Positions 13,310 to 26,442 of a stretch of 64,000 nt of DNA are shown in pieces. The position numbers and the translations under genes were made by a program. The stretch's first letter is position 1. The number at the start of each line of letters is the position of its first letter. The DNA lies in the NCBI RefSeq assembly GCF_009914755.1, contig NC_060934.1, one strand, 5' to 3'. Under the pieces are notes generated by a model that ran no database searches, was not told the origin of the DNA, and was given only the letters and a program-made list of their open reading frames with translations. Source of the stretch: the human T2T-CHM13v2.0 reference genome, Homo sapiens.

Positions 13310-14460
13310 CCTCCAATAAAGAAATCAGGGCTTCTTGAATAGATGGCTGATTCTCTGACTGGGACATAATGAGCCTGGGGGCAACTTGTAGTACCAGAAA
13401 ATAAAGAATTGCTAAAGTAAATAACTAAATAAAATGACCCTGGGAGGTTAGGGGTGTGTCAAAGGGAAATAGTAGCTACCTGAAATGGCTCCCAATGTTC
13501 TAAGCTGGAACAATTTGAGCAAAAATAAATAAAGTAGAATTGGACCCAAAGTATAAAATAAATAACCGAGAATCCATACTGACATAAATAAATGGTTGGA
13601 TAAATAAATGGGAGAGAAGCAATAAATCCCTCATGCAGAAGCATTCCAAATGCTATATCCTAGATGTAGAAGATATTCCTTCCTCAAGTTGGGGCAGGGG
13701 AGCTTCATTCCCTACTGCTTCAGTGTGAGCTGGGCTTACTGATTTCCTTCCAAAGAGTACAGCATGGAAAAAGGAGGATAAAAGAGTAACTTTACAATGG
13801 AGAAATCTGGCAAATACTACCTCAGCCAGGTGATTAAGGTGAGTATCAACAGTCATAAATCATGTCGATAAAATGTACCCTTGGTATGACATAATAAAAA
13901 TGGCATTTTACCTCTGTGGTCTTCCTCCACCAAACCTTTCCATAACCCTAGTCATGACAAAAACAGCAGATAAATCCAAGTAGAGAGGCGTCCTATAAAA
14001 TACCTAACCAGAATTATGAAAGCCATCAAAAACGAGTAAAGTATGAGAATCTGTCACCACAAGAGGACCCAAAGGAGACATAACTAGTAAACTCCTAAAT
14101 ATCATGTGACATCCCTGTATGGAATCCTGGTACTGAAAAAGGACATTAGGTAAGAACAAAGGAAATAAAAATAAAGTATGGACTCTAGCTAATTGGGAAA
14201 AATAATGAGCTAGAAGGATACCTCCCAGTATTATGATACAAGCTGGGGAGAGCAGTGTTGGCCATAGACATGAAGAAAGTGTACAATGAGGCTGTGTGGT
14301 GGTTCAAAGGAATTCTAGAAGAATCCAAAATGCCTTATATTTTTTAAACAACACTGGTACCTTATGTGATGAGGGTGAATCTGGGTAGCAGGCATATTAT
14401 TATTGCTATACTATTCCTTAATTTTTCCATAAGTTTTAAATTTATCATGAAAAATAAGTA
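13310..14460 (+). mobile_element. L1MC-type 3' UTR
   Basis: aaatcagggcttcttg..gatggctgattc, aagctggaacaatttgagcaa, ggagaaatctggcaaatactacctcagccaggtgattaagg, ggacattagg match L1MC3/4-like 3' ends. Confidence 0.85.
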
Positions 14461-14714
14461 AATGTGTTTGTCAAAAGCAGGAAGCAGGTAACCCTTTGAG
14501 CTGCAAGCTGTCATCTCTGTACAATGGTTTTCCAGCTGAGCTCTGTAGTCCCATTTTTCTTATCACCGTCTCAAGGACCAGAGCACAGGTATAGAAGGCT
14601 GAGTGGGCAGGACTCCAGAAACTACTGTTGCTTCAACCAGAGCAATCTGCTCCCAACTGTTTTATCAACTGGGGTGACTATGTAATAAGGAAGGATGCTC
14701 CCTCTTAAAATGGA

Positions 14715-15105
14715 TACTGCTGGTTGTGATTTTTTTTCCTTAAGAACAGCATCCTCCAATTTTAGCAGGACATGTGGGCACTCAGAATAAAATTCACATT
14801 GCCCATGCTTCATTGCAGGTAAGAGTGGTCATCTGACCATCTAAGTTATAGAAAGTAGGATGTAAAGTATCCTTAAAGGAAGTGTCATTCTCTCTCCTGC
14901 CCTTTCCTGCTTCCTTCTGGCTGAAATATTGGATGCGATGCCTATAGCTTTCAGATTTTGTGAACATCTGGAACTGTGAGTTGACCTTCGGAAAGTAAGG
15001 AACACACGGTGGAGCACCAAGATGCAATATGAGAAAGAAATCAACCTGTGTCTTATTCATTTGGTGATTTAATTTTTTTTCTATTCCTTGGAGCCTAATC
15101 TAGTT
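14715..15105 (+). mobile_element. MaLR LTR (MLT1I/J-like)
   Basis: cactcagaataaaattcacattgcccatgcttcattgcaggtaagagtggtcatctgacc...ccttcctgct..tgagaaagaaatcaac. Confidence 0.7.
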
Positions 15106-15909
15106 CTAGCATGTCTAAAGAAATGTCACTCATTTGGATGCATTAATTGGGACAGACTGTGGGCCCAAAAGAGGATTTCCTCTAATCTCATGGGTTAGGG
15201 TGTTGATGTATAAGGGAGGCTGGTTTGGGATATGAACTATCTCTGAGACAGGAAAACCTTCATGCCCTAGCTTCCCAGACACTGTGGGTGAGAATGCTTT
15301 GGACCAATGGCTGTAGATTGTGTTATGAAAGGGCAATTACCTAAATGGTAGCGCCATATGAGCAGGAGCACAGATGACCATAGCTCTGCCTAACACAGAG
15401 CAAAAGAAGTTTCCATTCACCCCTCACATCTACAGTCTACCACCAGCCAAAAAATGGTAGTGTGTGCAGGTAGGTCTCTGCTGTGGTATTCCATGGACAC
15501 ACAACTGCCATGGCTTAGGGACTACAGTCTCCACCAGTGACACCATGTGGCAGCAACAGCAATGACAGCAGTAGAGGTCTTGGCTCCTGGTAAATGCATT
15601 AGGCTATTTTGGATTTTTTCTTCATGTGGTGTCTTACATGTCATGGACTGAATATACACTTTTAGCATTGTTGGGTTTGTTATGGGAAGGAAGGGTCCAA
15701 GTAGAAAAGAGAAACATTTTCATGACACCACGAGGGAACTTAGCACCATTTAATTTGAATATGAAAAGAGAGATGACCTGGGTTTGAACTCCTACATGGT
15801 GAAGTGGGACATATTGGTTACATGTGTAAGATTTCATTTAACATAAGGTTTTGCTGCTAAAGTAAATTTGAAAAATCACTGCCTTATTGTGAATGAAGCC
15901 TGAGGACCT

Positions 15910-16105
15910 TAAAGTTAATGCGTTAAAACTCCAGACTTCAAATCAGACACACAGCGTTTGAATCCCAGCTCCCCTGCCTCTTTCTATGCTCATGGACAAC
16001 TAATGTAATGTTTCTGAAGCTCCATTGCCTCTTCCAGACAACGGGATAACTACATCTAGCTTTCCTATTTGGGGAGTTAAGGAAGATATTGTGCACAATG
16101 GATAT
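15910..16105 (+). mobile_element. MIR SINE
   Basis: tcagacacacagcgtttgaatcccagctc core. Confidence 0.7.
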
Positions 16106-16162
16106 CCGTGTGTGAAAGTAGTTAAGGTGAGTTAGCAATCAAATGACAAAAAGTGATGAACT

Positions 16163-16255
16163 ATGAGTGGTACATAGAATCATGACTCCCCAAAGATGTC
16201 TAGGTTTCAATCCCAGGAACCTGTGAATATGTCATCTCACATGGCAAAAGGAACC
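16163..16255 (+). mobile_element. MLT1C/D-like LTR 5' fragment
   Basis: agaatcatgactccccaaagatgtc..aatcccaggaacctgtgaatatgt..catggcaaaagg. Confidence 0.8.
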
Positions 16256-17929
16256 CAGTTACCGTAATGCAGGAGCTGGATCTGTTTTAAAAGAGTTTGG
16301 GTCTTTCAGAACCACCAAGCAGTGAAGAGATCCTGAGCCACTATACAGTTAGTATTTGTGGTTGGAATAATTATGCCACTATATGTGTGACATGACCATG
16401 GCCCTTGGAAAGGACCGACATGCACACCATAAACTAACACCAACATTATATTCAAAGAAAGGGACTCAGGAGCAATGACAGTTATTTCAGTCACAAGCAC
16501 TCCAGAGAGAAGGCAGGAAGACATCATGGTATGAAGGGAAAGGAAATACCTTTTCTAACTCAGTCAGTACCAGTGTGATCCTTGGCATAACACACTATCC
16601 TGGAGCCTTAGTGTCAATGTATTTGAAGTGAAATTGAATAATATATGTGGCTATGAGGTCCCTACCCAACCTAACTTTTAAAGCCTCTAAGTGGTAAGAA
16701 CTCCATTTTACTGTCAAAGAGCTCACTGTATTAACATTTCTTTCTCTATGGGTAAACAAGTAAAAAGGTTTATAACCAAGTTACTTTCCTCTTGATGAGC
16801 TTTTTGTATGTTTTCTTACTTTCTAAGAAAAGCGCTATATTTTACCAAATTTTACTATTATAATTCCAAACATGAGCCATGATTCTCTAGACCCATTAGC
16901 CCTGTTAAACTATTCCCTAAGATATCACAAAAAAATACTTGGTCCTTTTTCTTATCTGCAGTTTCTTCCAACGTTTTTTTCAATCTCCTCCAGCATTTTA
17001 TTTGCCGCCAAACTGATTCACAAGCCCTCTAAACTGTGAGGCACTGAGGTTTCTGACCAACGTACCAAAAACCTGGGACTCTGGGTTATGTTGAAATGAA
17101 AAGGAGATAATTCCGCAACCCTGTTAAAACTACTAAGACAAGATAGTCTCCACAGAAACCAAATATTTAAATTCTAAAATATTGAGGGATAATAGAGTCA
17201 TTATTATTAAAGTGAAATCATTCAAGCCTCCTTTTGTTGGATATGTTGATTCATTCTTTCTAGTCCTGTGAATTGGACCTCCTAGAATAACCTGATTGGG
17301 GCAAATTCAACACATTTTAGTTCAATTTTCTCCAATTCAAACACAACTTGCACAATGAGGTGAGTTTCTAACAATTCAAAGGAACAAACCATTAAATTAA
17401 AATTCCTAACTTGATTGTTTGAATCACACTGGGCTAAATTTACATTCTCCGTAACACTGTGGGAATTCACTCTGTGGGAGATTTTTCTAGCTACATTTTT
17501 TTAAGCAAACCTTTTCTTTTCTCTTCTTCTTTTTAAGGGTGAATTAGTTGTTGCTGTACCTTTAATGATAAGAAGAAAGAAATAAAACTGGGCTCCAGGA
17601 AAAAACAATGAGGCAATAATTTTGAAATTAAAATACAGCGCATGATATATCAATATAATTGTCCTGCGTATGTGGAGATAACTCCGCTTTGATGGTGTTA
17701 TTTCCTGAGCACGCAAAACCTAATAAAATCTGGAGGCCTGAATTGATGAGAAATTCAGCGTTAGAGATTATGAAAAACACACACTCAAATAGCCAAACAA
17801 AATTACTGAAAAACAATTTTAGTGCAGAATTATTTATCTAAGTAATGCAGGAGGATTTATAAAGATCTCTCAACATTAAAATAAATTACTTAAAACACTT
17901 AACTTCTTTGACAAAGGAAAATGCGATTA

Positions 17930-18045
17930 TGTAACTAGCTGTTTGACCTTGACCAAGTCAGTTAATGCTTCTGTGCCTCAGATTCCTTAATGTTTTCTTA
18001 ATCATCCTTAAGGAAACTTTTAATTCTAAAATGTCTATGATTGTA
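17930..18045 (+). mobile_element. MIR/MIR3 fragment
   Basis: actagctgtttgaccttgaccaagtcagttaatgcttctgtgcctcag. Confidence 0.8.
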
Positions 18046-18289
18046 TGCTTGTAGTGACAGGTTTTTTCCCCTTATCTTTTATCCATCTCATTTCTTCAAA
18101 ATGAAATCATTATTTATGGAATAGAAAAGATTCAGTAGTGACCAGCTCACCAATTGATAATATAAATGCCAAATTGCAACAGAATCAGCCATGAAAGCAT
18201 ACAAGCAACCACGAAGTATACGAGGGAAAAAATCATCACGATGCTAGCCTTCCCTACACAAATGTAGTTTAACCACTTATTTGTTTGAT

Positions 18290-18462
18290 GTGACGTTGTG
18301 TGTCATTGAACTGTTCCAAGTCTATTTTCTTTTTCTCAAACATAAAATGGAGGTAATAACAGTATTTGCTGCACAGGATTACTGGGAGGCTTAAATGAAA
18401 CCCCAATGCCTGCCATGCAATAAAAGCTCCATAAATATTTCCCATTACTACCATCATCATCA
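18290..18462 (+). mobile_element. MIR SINE
   Basis: taaaatggaggtaataacagta..ggattactgggaggcttaaatga. Confidence 0.7.
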
Positions 18463-20269
18463 TAAATATTACAGATAAACTCTCAGCTGTGATCACCATT
18501 TGGGGAATAAATTTGAAGGAACTGGACATTCCACTTTTAATGTGAACATTACAATTTAATGGAAGATAGGAAAAATTTGGTAGGAGAAATTCTTCCATCC
18601 TTTCCTTATAAATAATAGAACATTTGCTCAAACAAATAAGAACTAATTGTCTTACAACAAAGCAATACACTTTGACTGCATAGTCATAAAAAAATTTGTG
18701 AGCTATGTGATTCTGCTATGAAGAGAAAAGGTGAAGGAGAAAAAGGAAGAATAATTTTCTGTCTATGCCTTGGCATCTGTTCCCAGGCTTTGAATTATTT
18801 TCCCAACTAATTAACCCCTTCTACTTATAAACCCAGAAATCATACTTTATGAAAACTCTGAAGTTTTTCTTTTAATTTTCTTGGATTTTTGTTAACCTCT
18901 ACTTCTTTTTACCCCACTAATCCCTCTTCCTCATACACACCCGCTGGATTTCTCACAGCTCACTTAAGAGTCATGAAGGTACAGTCTTCTTGCTTCTTCT
19001 GTCAGAATTTGATATATTATACCAAGGAATTTCTCTGGCCTCAAACTGCACTGGCAATTCCTAACCCCAAATTATTTGAGTGAGGCTAATTTATTTACAT
19101 GACATTAATAACAGAGTTCATAACGTGGCTGTAGGTATTAAATAAAAAAGTAAAATTTTAGTAAATAGCTCAGGAGAGGAAGGTGCCCAGAGTGGAGTGA
19201 AGAGAAGAAGCCTAACAAGATGGAGGGATGGAGGTCTTAGCAACAGAAAAGACAATGGTCAATAATTGAGAAATTGTCCCTGGACCATGAATGCTATATG
19301 TCCTCATTAAAGATATTGATCATGCAATAACACAATGTGAACTGCTGTGTGTACCTGGTTCAATTCCGCACCCATACCCAACTTTTGTACAAATCTCTTA
19401 TAAATTTCATTTTGTGTCATTGGTCCTTTGAAGGATAAGGTACCAAAGTGAATCTAGTGTTTGGAAGGCAAATTAGTGACAACAAGCTCAGAGACAGATA
19501 CTAAAATAAAATAAAAAAAAAAAAACTAATTCCATAGAAGAAAACAGTTAGAGCCAGAAAAACCTAAGCCCTCAACCCAAGAATTTGGGGGTACATTAGA
19601 AGGGATCCTTGAGTTTTATCTCTATATATGGAATGAGAACTCAGGTGAATTTTATGTGAATGCCAAAGGACAGGGTACCCCAGTGGGCTGTTAGGTTGCA
19701 AAGGTAAAGTACTTGGCAAGTACTTGTATGCTTAAGTGCTCAACAAATACCAGCTATACTATTAGTGAAGGTTTTCCTTGTTTTGATTTTGGGTGATATT
19801 CTGGTTATTTAATATTTGCACCCAATATTTTCCCTCATAGTGCTTACCAACATTTGTAGCCACATATTTATTTTCATAGCCTAATTGATTATCCTTCTTT
19901 AATCTCGATGTGGTTTTTTAGAACATATACACTAGATCTCTTATACAGCTGCATACACATTGACAAACTTGTACTATTTAATTCTTCATTTTACCAAGCA
20001 CAAAATCATACCACTTACGTACAATTTAATCAATCTATAGCTTTCTTTACTTTGTCATTTCTTCCTGACTACACTCTGGTCACCCCTAATAGATTCAGGA
20101 AATGTTCTAGTCTTAGAAAAAACAATCACAGGTTTCTTCTCAAAAAAGAAAACTTCTACAAATGTTGATAAAGTGGTATAAGATGGACTATGTTAGATGG
20201 AGGGAGAAAGAAAAAGGAAAGAGATTTCATAATCAGAAACCTGCATCAACCTCTAAGTGACCCAGTTGT

Positions 20270-20790
20270 TTATTGGTTAGGTTTCTTTATTGTAAGCAAC
20301 AGAAACCAAATCTGGCTAACTTAGCCAAACACTAAAAATAAAATGGGATAGAAAAATTGTAATTTGTTAGCATCTATAACTGAAAAATTCAGTAGTAATA
20401 TCTTTGTCATCATTCTATCTAGAGGCTTATATATTATCATTACTGTTTGGTTTCTCCCCATCTTTTTGTTCTGTATTCTTCCATGATGCTGTCATTATCT
20501 GGATCCATATAGTGATAAGAAAGTTGCCAGAAACTCTAGAACTATATCAACTAAGGTACAATTCTATTAGAAAAGACAGAATGCATCTTCCTGGACACTC
20601 AAGCAAAAGCCCTAGAGAGGACTTTGATTGAACTTGATTGACTAGCTTTTGTCCTAACTCAACAAAGCACTACGGCTGAGGAAAATGAACCCTGCTAATT
20701 AGCTTAAGCTTAAGTTACAGGCCAAATCATGGACTGAGAAAAGAGAGGAGGTTGTTTCTTGAAAGAAAATTAAGAATCTGATGTCTGGAA
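20270..20790 (-). mobile_element. Old MaLR LTR (MLT1K/L-like)
   Basis: ttgtaagcaacagaaaccaaatctggctaacttagc...gcaaaagcccta..ctttgattg..catggactgaga. Confidence 0.75.
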
Positions 20791-20814
20791 AATAGTAAAT
20801 AACAATAACAATAA

Positions 20815-21052
20815 TAATAATGTTAACATCTTGTTGGTCTTGTATGTCTGGAAGTCATTCTATACACTTTATTTATACTAACTCATTTAATCTTCACATG
20901 CAGGTACATATGATTATTATCTCATTTGGCAGATGAGGAAATTGAGGCTCAAAGTAGTTAAAAATAACATGACCAGAATAACTCACATAGTTCCTGACAG
21001 AGCTGAGATATGAACCCAGGCACTGTGGAGCCAGAATGTCTTCATAACCACT
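20815..21052 (-). mobile_element. MIR SINE
   Basis: actcatttaatcttcac..cagatgaggaaattgaggctca..gatatgaacccaggc. Confidence 0.9.
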
Positions 21053-21159
21053 CTAATTCACTAAGTATACTATGTGTAGTAAGCAAAAAAATTAGTCAGT
21101 TAAAATTGTGTATTTTTACAGACTCTAGCTGTGTAATTATGCTCACTGATTTACCCTTC

Positions 21160-21400
21160 AGGCCCTACAAATAGTATTTGGCATATAAGAAGCATTTATT
21201 GAATGAATGGGTTAATAAATTAGTGAAAGAATAAGTGATTGGGGTATGAAATCTACAGCAATATATCTCAGCTAACTTTAAGCTTCAACTAAATTTTAAA
21301 CTCCTGGGGACAGTCACACCTTGTGAGTTTTCTGTATTCTATCCAAAGGCGAACACAGTGTTAAGTATACAAGAGGTTCTTAAAAATGACTTCCCATTAT
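21160..21400 (+). mobile_element. L2 3'-end fragments
   Basis: atttattgaatgaatg tail; aaactcctggggacag..aacacagtg. Confidence 0.55.
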
Positions 21401-21459
21401 TGAAAGCCTACCCTGCACAGTAAATCCTGCAGATTATTACAATTTAGGCTTTATAAAGA

Positions 21460-21605
21460 TGTCCTATTTTAGAGATGACAAAAACTGATGCCAAGAAAGG
21501 TTAAGACACTCTCAAGGTCATATAACTAGTAATGAAAGTGCTGAGATTAGAACTCTCGTCTATTTTACCATCATGGAAGCTTTTTCCGACCTCATTTTCC
21601 ACTGT
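21460..21605 (-). mobile_element. MIR SINE
   Basis: cctattttagagatgacaaaaactgatgcc..aaggtcatataactagtaa. Confidence 0.75.
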
Positions 21606-22689
21606 GCTTCTTCCTTCACCAAGAGCTCACACTATAAGAGGTATCTATAGTGACCAAGTGCTCCTATACTTACGAGCTCTCATGAAGATACAGCTGTATG
21701 TATGAAAGTCCAAAAAAAATCTATATCAATATTTAAATTTAAAAAGCAAATTTTTGGAAACATGCACTAAAGGGAGAAAGGTGTGTTTTCTTTCATTACA
21801 GTGATAGAAAAAGAAAAGAAAGAGGACTTTTTAGAGAATTAATTGTCAAAGAAACCAATCTGATACCATGTTGGGAAGCTAAGCAGAAGGCTGTATCAAG
21901 TGACAAGTTCCAAAGACAAGTACCCTTTATTGAGAGTTATTTGACCTGCCTTAAGTCTCCTCAATTCAAATCTGGAATCTCTCAAGGGTGCTCAAATGTG
22001 TTCAGCAAGTCAACTGTAATAAAGACAATGAATGGGCTCCAGAACTTTCTGTTACTTAACTCATTGTGAAAAATCTTAAGGTTTTGTTTCTGTATTAGAT
22101 TACTTGTCAGTTGAATCGAATGTTCAGAACTAATAATAAGGAATAAATCAGGAGAGAATGAATGCCTTTCTCCTCAAAGACCCCAATAATATGAAATTAC
22201 TAGAGCTAGCTAAGTTGGAATATACTGAATAAATGAATATATTTATACATTGCAGATGGTGTGGAATGCTGCCAGTGATACCTTCGGGATAACTTAAAGT
22301 CTGGTTTTCCTAGGGGCAGACAGATAAAATAGCCCAAATAGAATCCCTTCAAACTTGAATCAAAGAGATGGAATGAAAATGTAAACTCATTTAAAAACTC
22401 GAAGGACTTATCTACTCTAATGCAAACCAAGGGAATAACTCAATACGTTTGGAAAAAAATACCGTTTCTTATCAAATCATCAGAGTAAAAAGGTCTTTGC
22501 AAAAATAAATAGACCCACAATGCCACCATACAGACTAAATATCTGAGACTGCATGTTCAAAGGCAAAGTGGAGTGGAGAAGAGATGAATCAATTTTTTTC
22601 TGTGATTCACATAAACTATTCTCCTTTTAAAGGTACTGGAGGCTCAGAATTAACCAGATTGGCAATGTTGATTTAGCTCACAGAGCAAT

Positions 22690-22890
22690 TTAGAATTTTA
22701 TTTTTATTGGAACCAAAAGGACATTTTAAGAAATCTAGTCCCACTTAACTCACAGTATAGCTCAGACAATCTAAGTTCAGAGGGATTAAGCTACCTGCCC
22801 AAGGTCACACCACTAGTTTAGCTGTAGAGGAAGAATAAATATCTAGGATGCCTAACTCCTAGCCACCTGTTTTTTTTACAACACACTATA
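22690..22890 (-). mobile_element. MIR3/MIRc SINE
   Basis: cagagggattaagctacctgcccaaggtcacaccactagtt. Confidence 0.75.
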
Positions 22891-25047
22891 CTTGATTTGA
22901 TATTTGTTTCTAATATATTTTCTCTGGGACAGCTTCATTCATGAAGACATATCTAAATATAAACAAGAAACAGAATTTTAGGGACTGAATTTAGTCACAA
23001 AAGAAAACAAAAAATCTGAACTTCTCCAAAATTGATCAAGGTATATTTAATCACCATTTCATCAAGATAATTTATTATACAACTGTGAAATTCACAGCAT
23101 AGCTAAACTAAATATTTCACCTGATTTCATTTAGGAGTAATTTGGAACTACTGTTTCCCTAACATTAATCTTACTTGTCTGTATGATAATACAATAAATC
23201 TATTAATTTAGTAGGGCAAAACATTTTCTAAAGTATATATGTGTGTGTGACTTTATATATATATAGACATATAATAATCTAAACATGTGTTTATATAGTT
23301 ATATATCCCCTTTGATGAGATAATGTTTTGTGTCTGTTCTGATGATGACCTCATTGTTATTACAGGGCTTCTTGACATTTTTGGAGTATAATCATTAAAC
23401 ATGTTTAGTTTCACAAAGATTATGCTCCAGTAAGAAAGGTATTTTATTCTTCCTTTCGTTAGTATAAAGCTTAAATATTCTTTTCATAAGTCTGACTCCC
23501 TGTCATCAGACAATCTATTTTAAATGAATTTTCCTTCTCTTGGTTCCAAAATGCAGATGGAGGCAGGAGCTCAAGAAAGATTGCTCCTTGGTTTTTAGAC
23601 TGTCTTTTCAAAATAAGATGTAGATCTATCTTGCCACTCCTAAGGGCCTTTAAGAACCAGGTCACTCGTCCTGTTCTGACTGAATGCTGGCACTATAGCT
23701 AATGAAAACTACCCTATGGTTTGAATTAGACCTAACAGTCTTCACTTCCTGCCTTAATTTACAGATACAGCTTTTTTCAGGATAGTGTTGTATACAGTAA
23801 GACCTCTGCAACTGTGTGAACAGCTTTATCTGAAAGCTGGACACCCTAGGCACAATTGTTATTGATAAGAGTTAAAGGGATTATGGTTCAGATGCATTTT
23901 CAGTGTGAATGTGAAAAGTCTCATCAATTCCCTGAGATAACCAGTGTTAATCTCTTGATATCATCTATATTCTGCCATCTTTAACGATATCACATTTTGT
24001 TTTTTGGGGAGAGAAATTTATTTCTCCCTAATGAGTGAAGGGTCCAGAGTCAATAAAACACAGAATTACACAAACAGCCACAATCTCAAAGAAATTGCCA
24101 ACTCCAGAGTTTGACTCTAATCTGAGTTTAAATAATAGCTTATTAGGAGGCAAAATACTCTGCATATGCAAATGTTCATCTCTCTAAGGCTAAAGGAAAG
24201 TGGAAAAGTGGATCCAGACTGCACCCAGCATATTAAACACATCTTCTTTTTATCTGAATTTTAATAATTCCAGCATATTCCTTGGATACAGAAACAGAGC
24301 CACTGAATTGTATCCTTAAACTCGACTGCAAAATCTACCACTTAGCGCTTCCATATTAGTAATGGTCTAAAAGGACATGGGAACTTTGGAGTGTTAAATC
24401 CCACATGAAACATACGGATTTCTCTACACCAAGACCTCCTATTGCACACTTAAGGTGTTACTGGGGTTTTCAGTGGAGCAATCAATAAATGATCACTGTT
24501 TGATTCGACCAAAATTTGAAAGACTTGAGTAAAGTAAAAGCAGCAAGTATTTGTTCACTTATTCATTCATTTATTCAACAAATATTGATCTGTACCTGGC
24601 CTTTTAAAGTTTCTAATCAGACAAGAAATTATGAGAAAATAATATTGCTGTCAAAGAAATTCACTGGCTTGTCTTGTCAAACTCTCAAATGACTGGTTTG
24701 TAACCTTATGGAGGAGAAGGCCCACAGACTCTGTAGAGAAATTATTGAAAGCTGTAAACCTTCAAAAATAACATCACCACTAACAAAAAGACACCTAAAT
24801 CCAGACAAACACACAAATGTTTACATGCTACTTCAAGGGTTTTCAAGTGTTTCTAAAATTTACCCAAGGACACACGCTTAAGAACCACTGCTCTAGATTA
24901 AAGACCTAATCAATTAGCTAAAGGCTAATCAGTTAGCTGCCAGTGGTATACACCAAGGCAGTGTCATACTTTTTCCATCTTCAGCATTCACTTTAATACT
25001 GTATTCATCAGTGTTACCGAATTGAGAGATGACAACACTGATTTGGG

Positions 25048-25081
<34 letters not shown>

Positions 25082-25093
25082 GCGCGCGCGCAC
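25048..25093 (+). repeat. Compound microsatellite (TC)n(CA)n(CG)n
   Basis: tctc...ctct cacacacaca cgcgcgcgcg cac read directly. Confidence 0.97.
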
Positions 25094-25957
25094 CATTTGC
25101 TAAGTTCATTACCAGTTCATCACTTTATCATGGGGAAAAAAACGCACTTTATCAAAATTTATAAATATTCAGCAGAAAAGGTAGAAGAGTGGTTCTCTTT
25201 TTTTGTATAGACTAGATAAACACAAACTGTTGCAATTCAAAAAGAATTTTAGAAGCCTTTAAAAATATTTTAAAGGCTAAGTTAAATGACAAATAGTACA
25301 CTGTGTCTCTAGGGAGAGAAGAAAGAAAAAAATTAACATAATTATACATTGATAAAATCACTGAGTTCCAGACATTTTGTCTGAAAGAGCAGATTATATT
25401 TTACCTGGAACCTTCACTTTCATTAATTTCCCCCACCTCATTTCTGGTACTGCTTTCACCTTCATGGCTCTGGTCTTAGTCTAGACTCCAATCAATGACC
25501 TGGATGTGAAGGGATTCCTGGCTGGCAGATCACTGTTTCTGCAGCAGATCAACATCACAATGCTACAGTTCATGGAGCCTTGGCTCAACTAGTCTCTTCC
25601 AGATCTCAGAATGACAGCTTTGCTGATCTTTCCGAGCTCTAGCCTCATGTACTTATAAAACTAGGGAATGGCATTTGGGGAACCCAGGAGTGACAGGTAC
25701 ATTCTGTATGTGATAACTCTCACCATGAATAGTTTTCATGTTTAGTGTTTCCAAGGAAGAAGAATTTTCCTCTAGTACATCAAATGATCCTATATATAAA
25801 TCAATTGGCATGGACAATTTTGATATTCATTAGGTAAATCAAATATATGAAGACAAATGTCTTGAACATCAACATATCAATGAAACATATAATTGATAAT
25901 GTTAGCAAATTATTATTTATTTTTAGGCGTAATAATTGTCATGTAATTTTTTTACTT

Positions 25958-26359
25958 AATTTTTTTCATTTTTAATTTGTATAGGTACATAGTAGGTATA
26001 TATATTTATAGGGTACATGAGATATTTTGATACAGGAATAAAATGCATAATAATCACATCATGATAAATGGGGTACCCATCACCTCAAGCATTTATCATT
26101 TATTTGTGTTACAAATATTACAATTATACTCTTTTACTTGTTTTTAAATATACAATAAATTATTGTTGACTCTACTCACCTTGTGCTATCAAATACTAGA
26201 GCTTATTCATTCTACCTAACTACATTTTTGTGCCCATTAACCAACCAAACATCTCCACCTGCACTACCCTTCCCAGCCTCTGATAACCATCATTCCACTC
26301 TCTATCTCCGTAAGTTCAATTGTTTTAATTTTTAACTCCCACAAATAAGTGAGAACAAG
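25958..26359 (-). mobile_element. L1MA (L1MA2/3-like) 3' UTR
   Basis: ggtacatagtaggtatatatatttatagggtacatgagatattttgatacagg...cccacaaataagtgagaac. Confidence 0.9.
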
Positions 26360-26442
26360 TGATATGGTTTGGCTGTGTCCCCACCCAAATCTCATCTTGA
26401 ATTGTAGCTCCCATAATTCCCATGTGTTGTGGGAGAAACCCA
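26360..26442 (+). mobile_element. THE1 LTR, first ~80 bp only
   Basis: tgatatggtttggctgtgtccccacccaaatctcatcttgaattgtagctcccataattccca is the THE1 LTR 5' terminus. Confidence 0.93.

Noticed and set aside
15741-15760. tagcaccattt resembling the miR-29 5' end (also ttccctttgtca at ~34653, miR-204-like)
   Set aside because: Match stops after 11-12 nt and no precursor hairpin is evident
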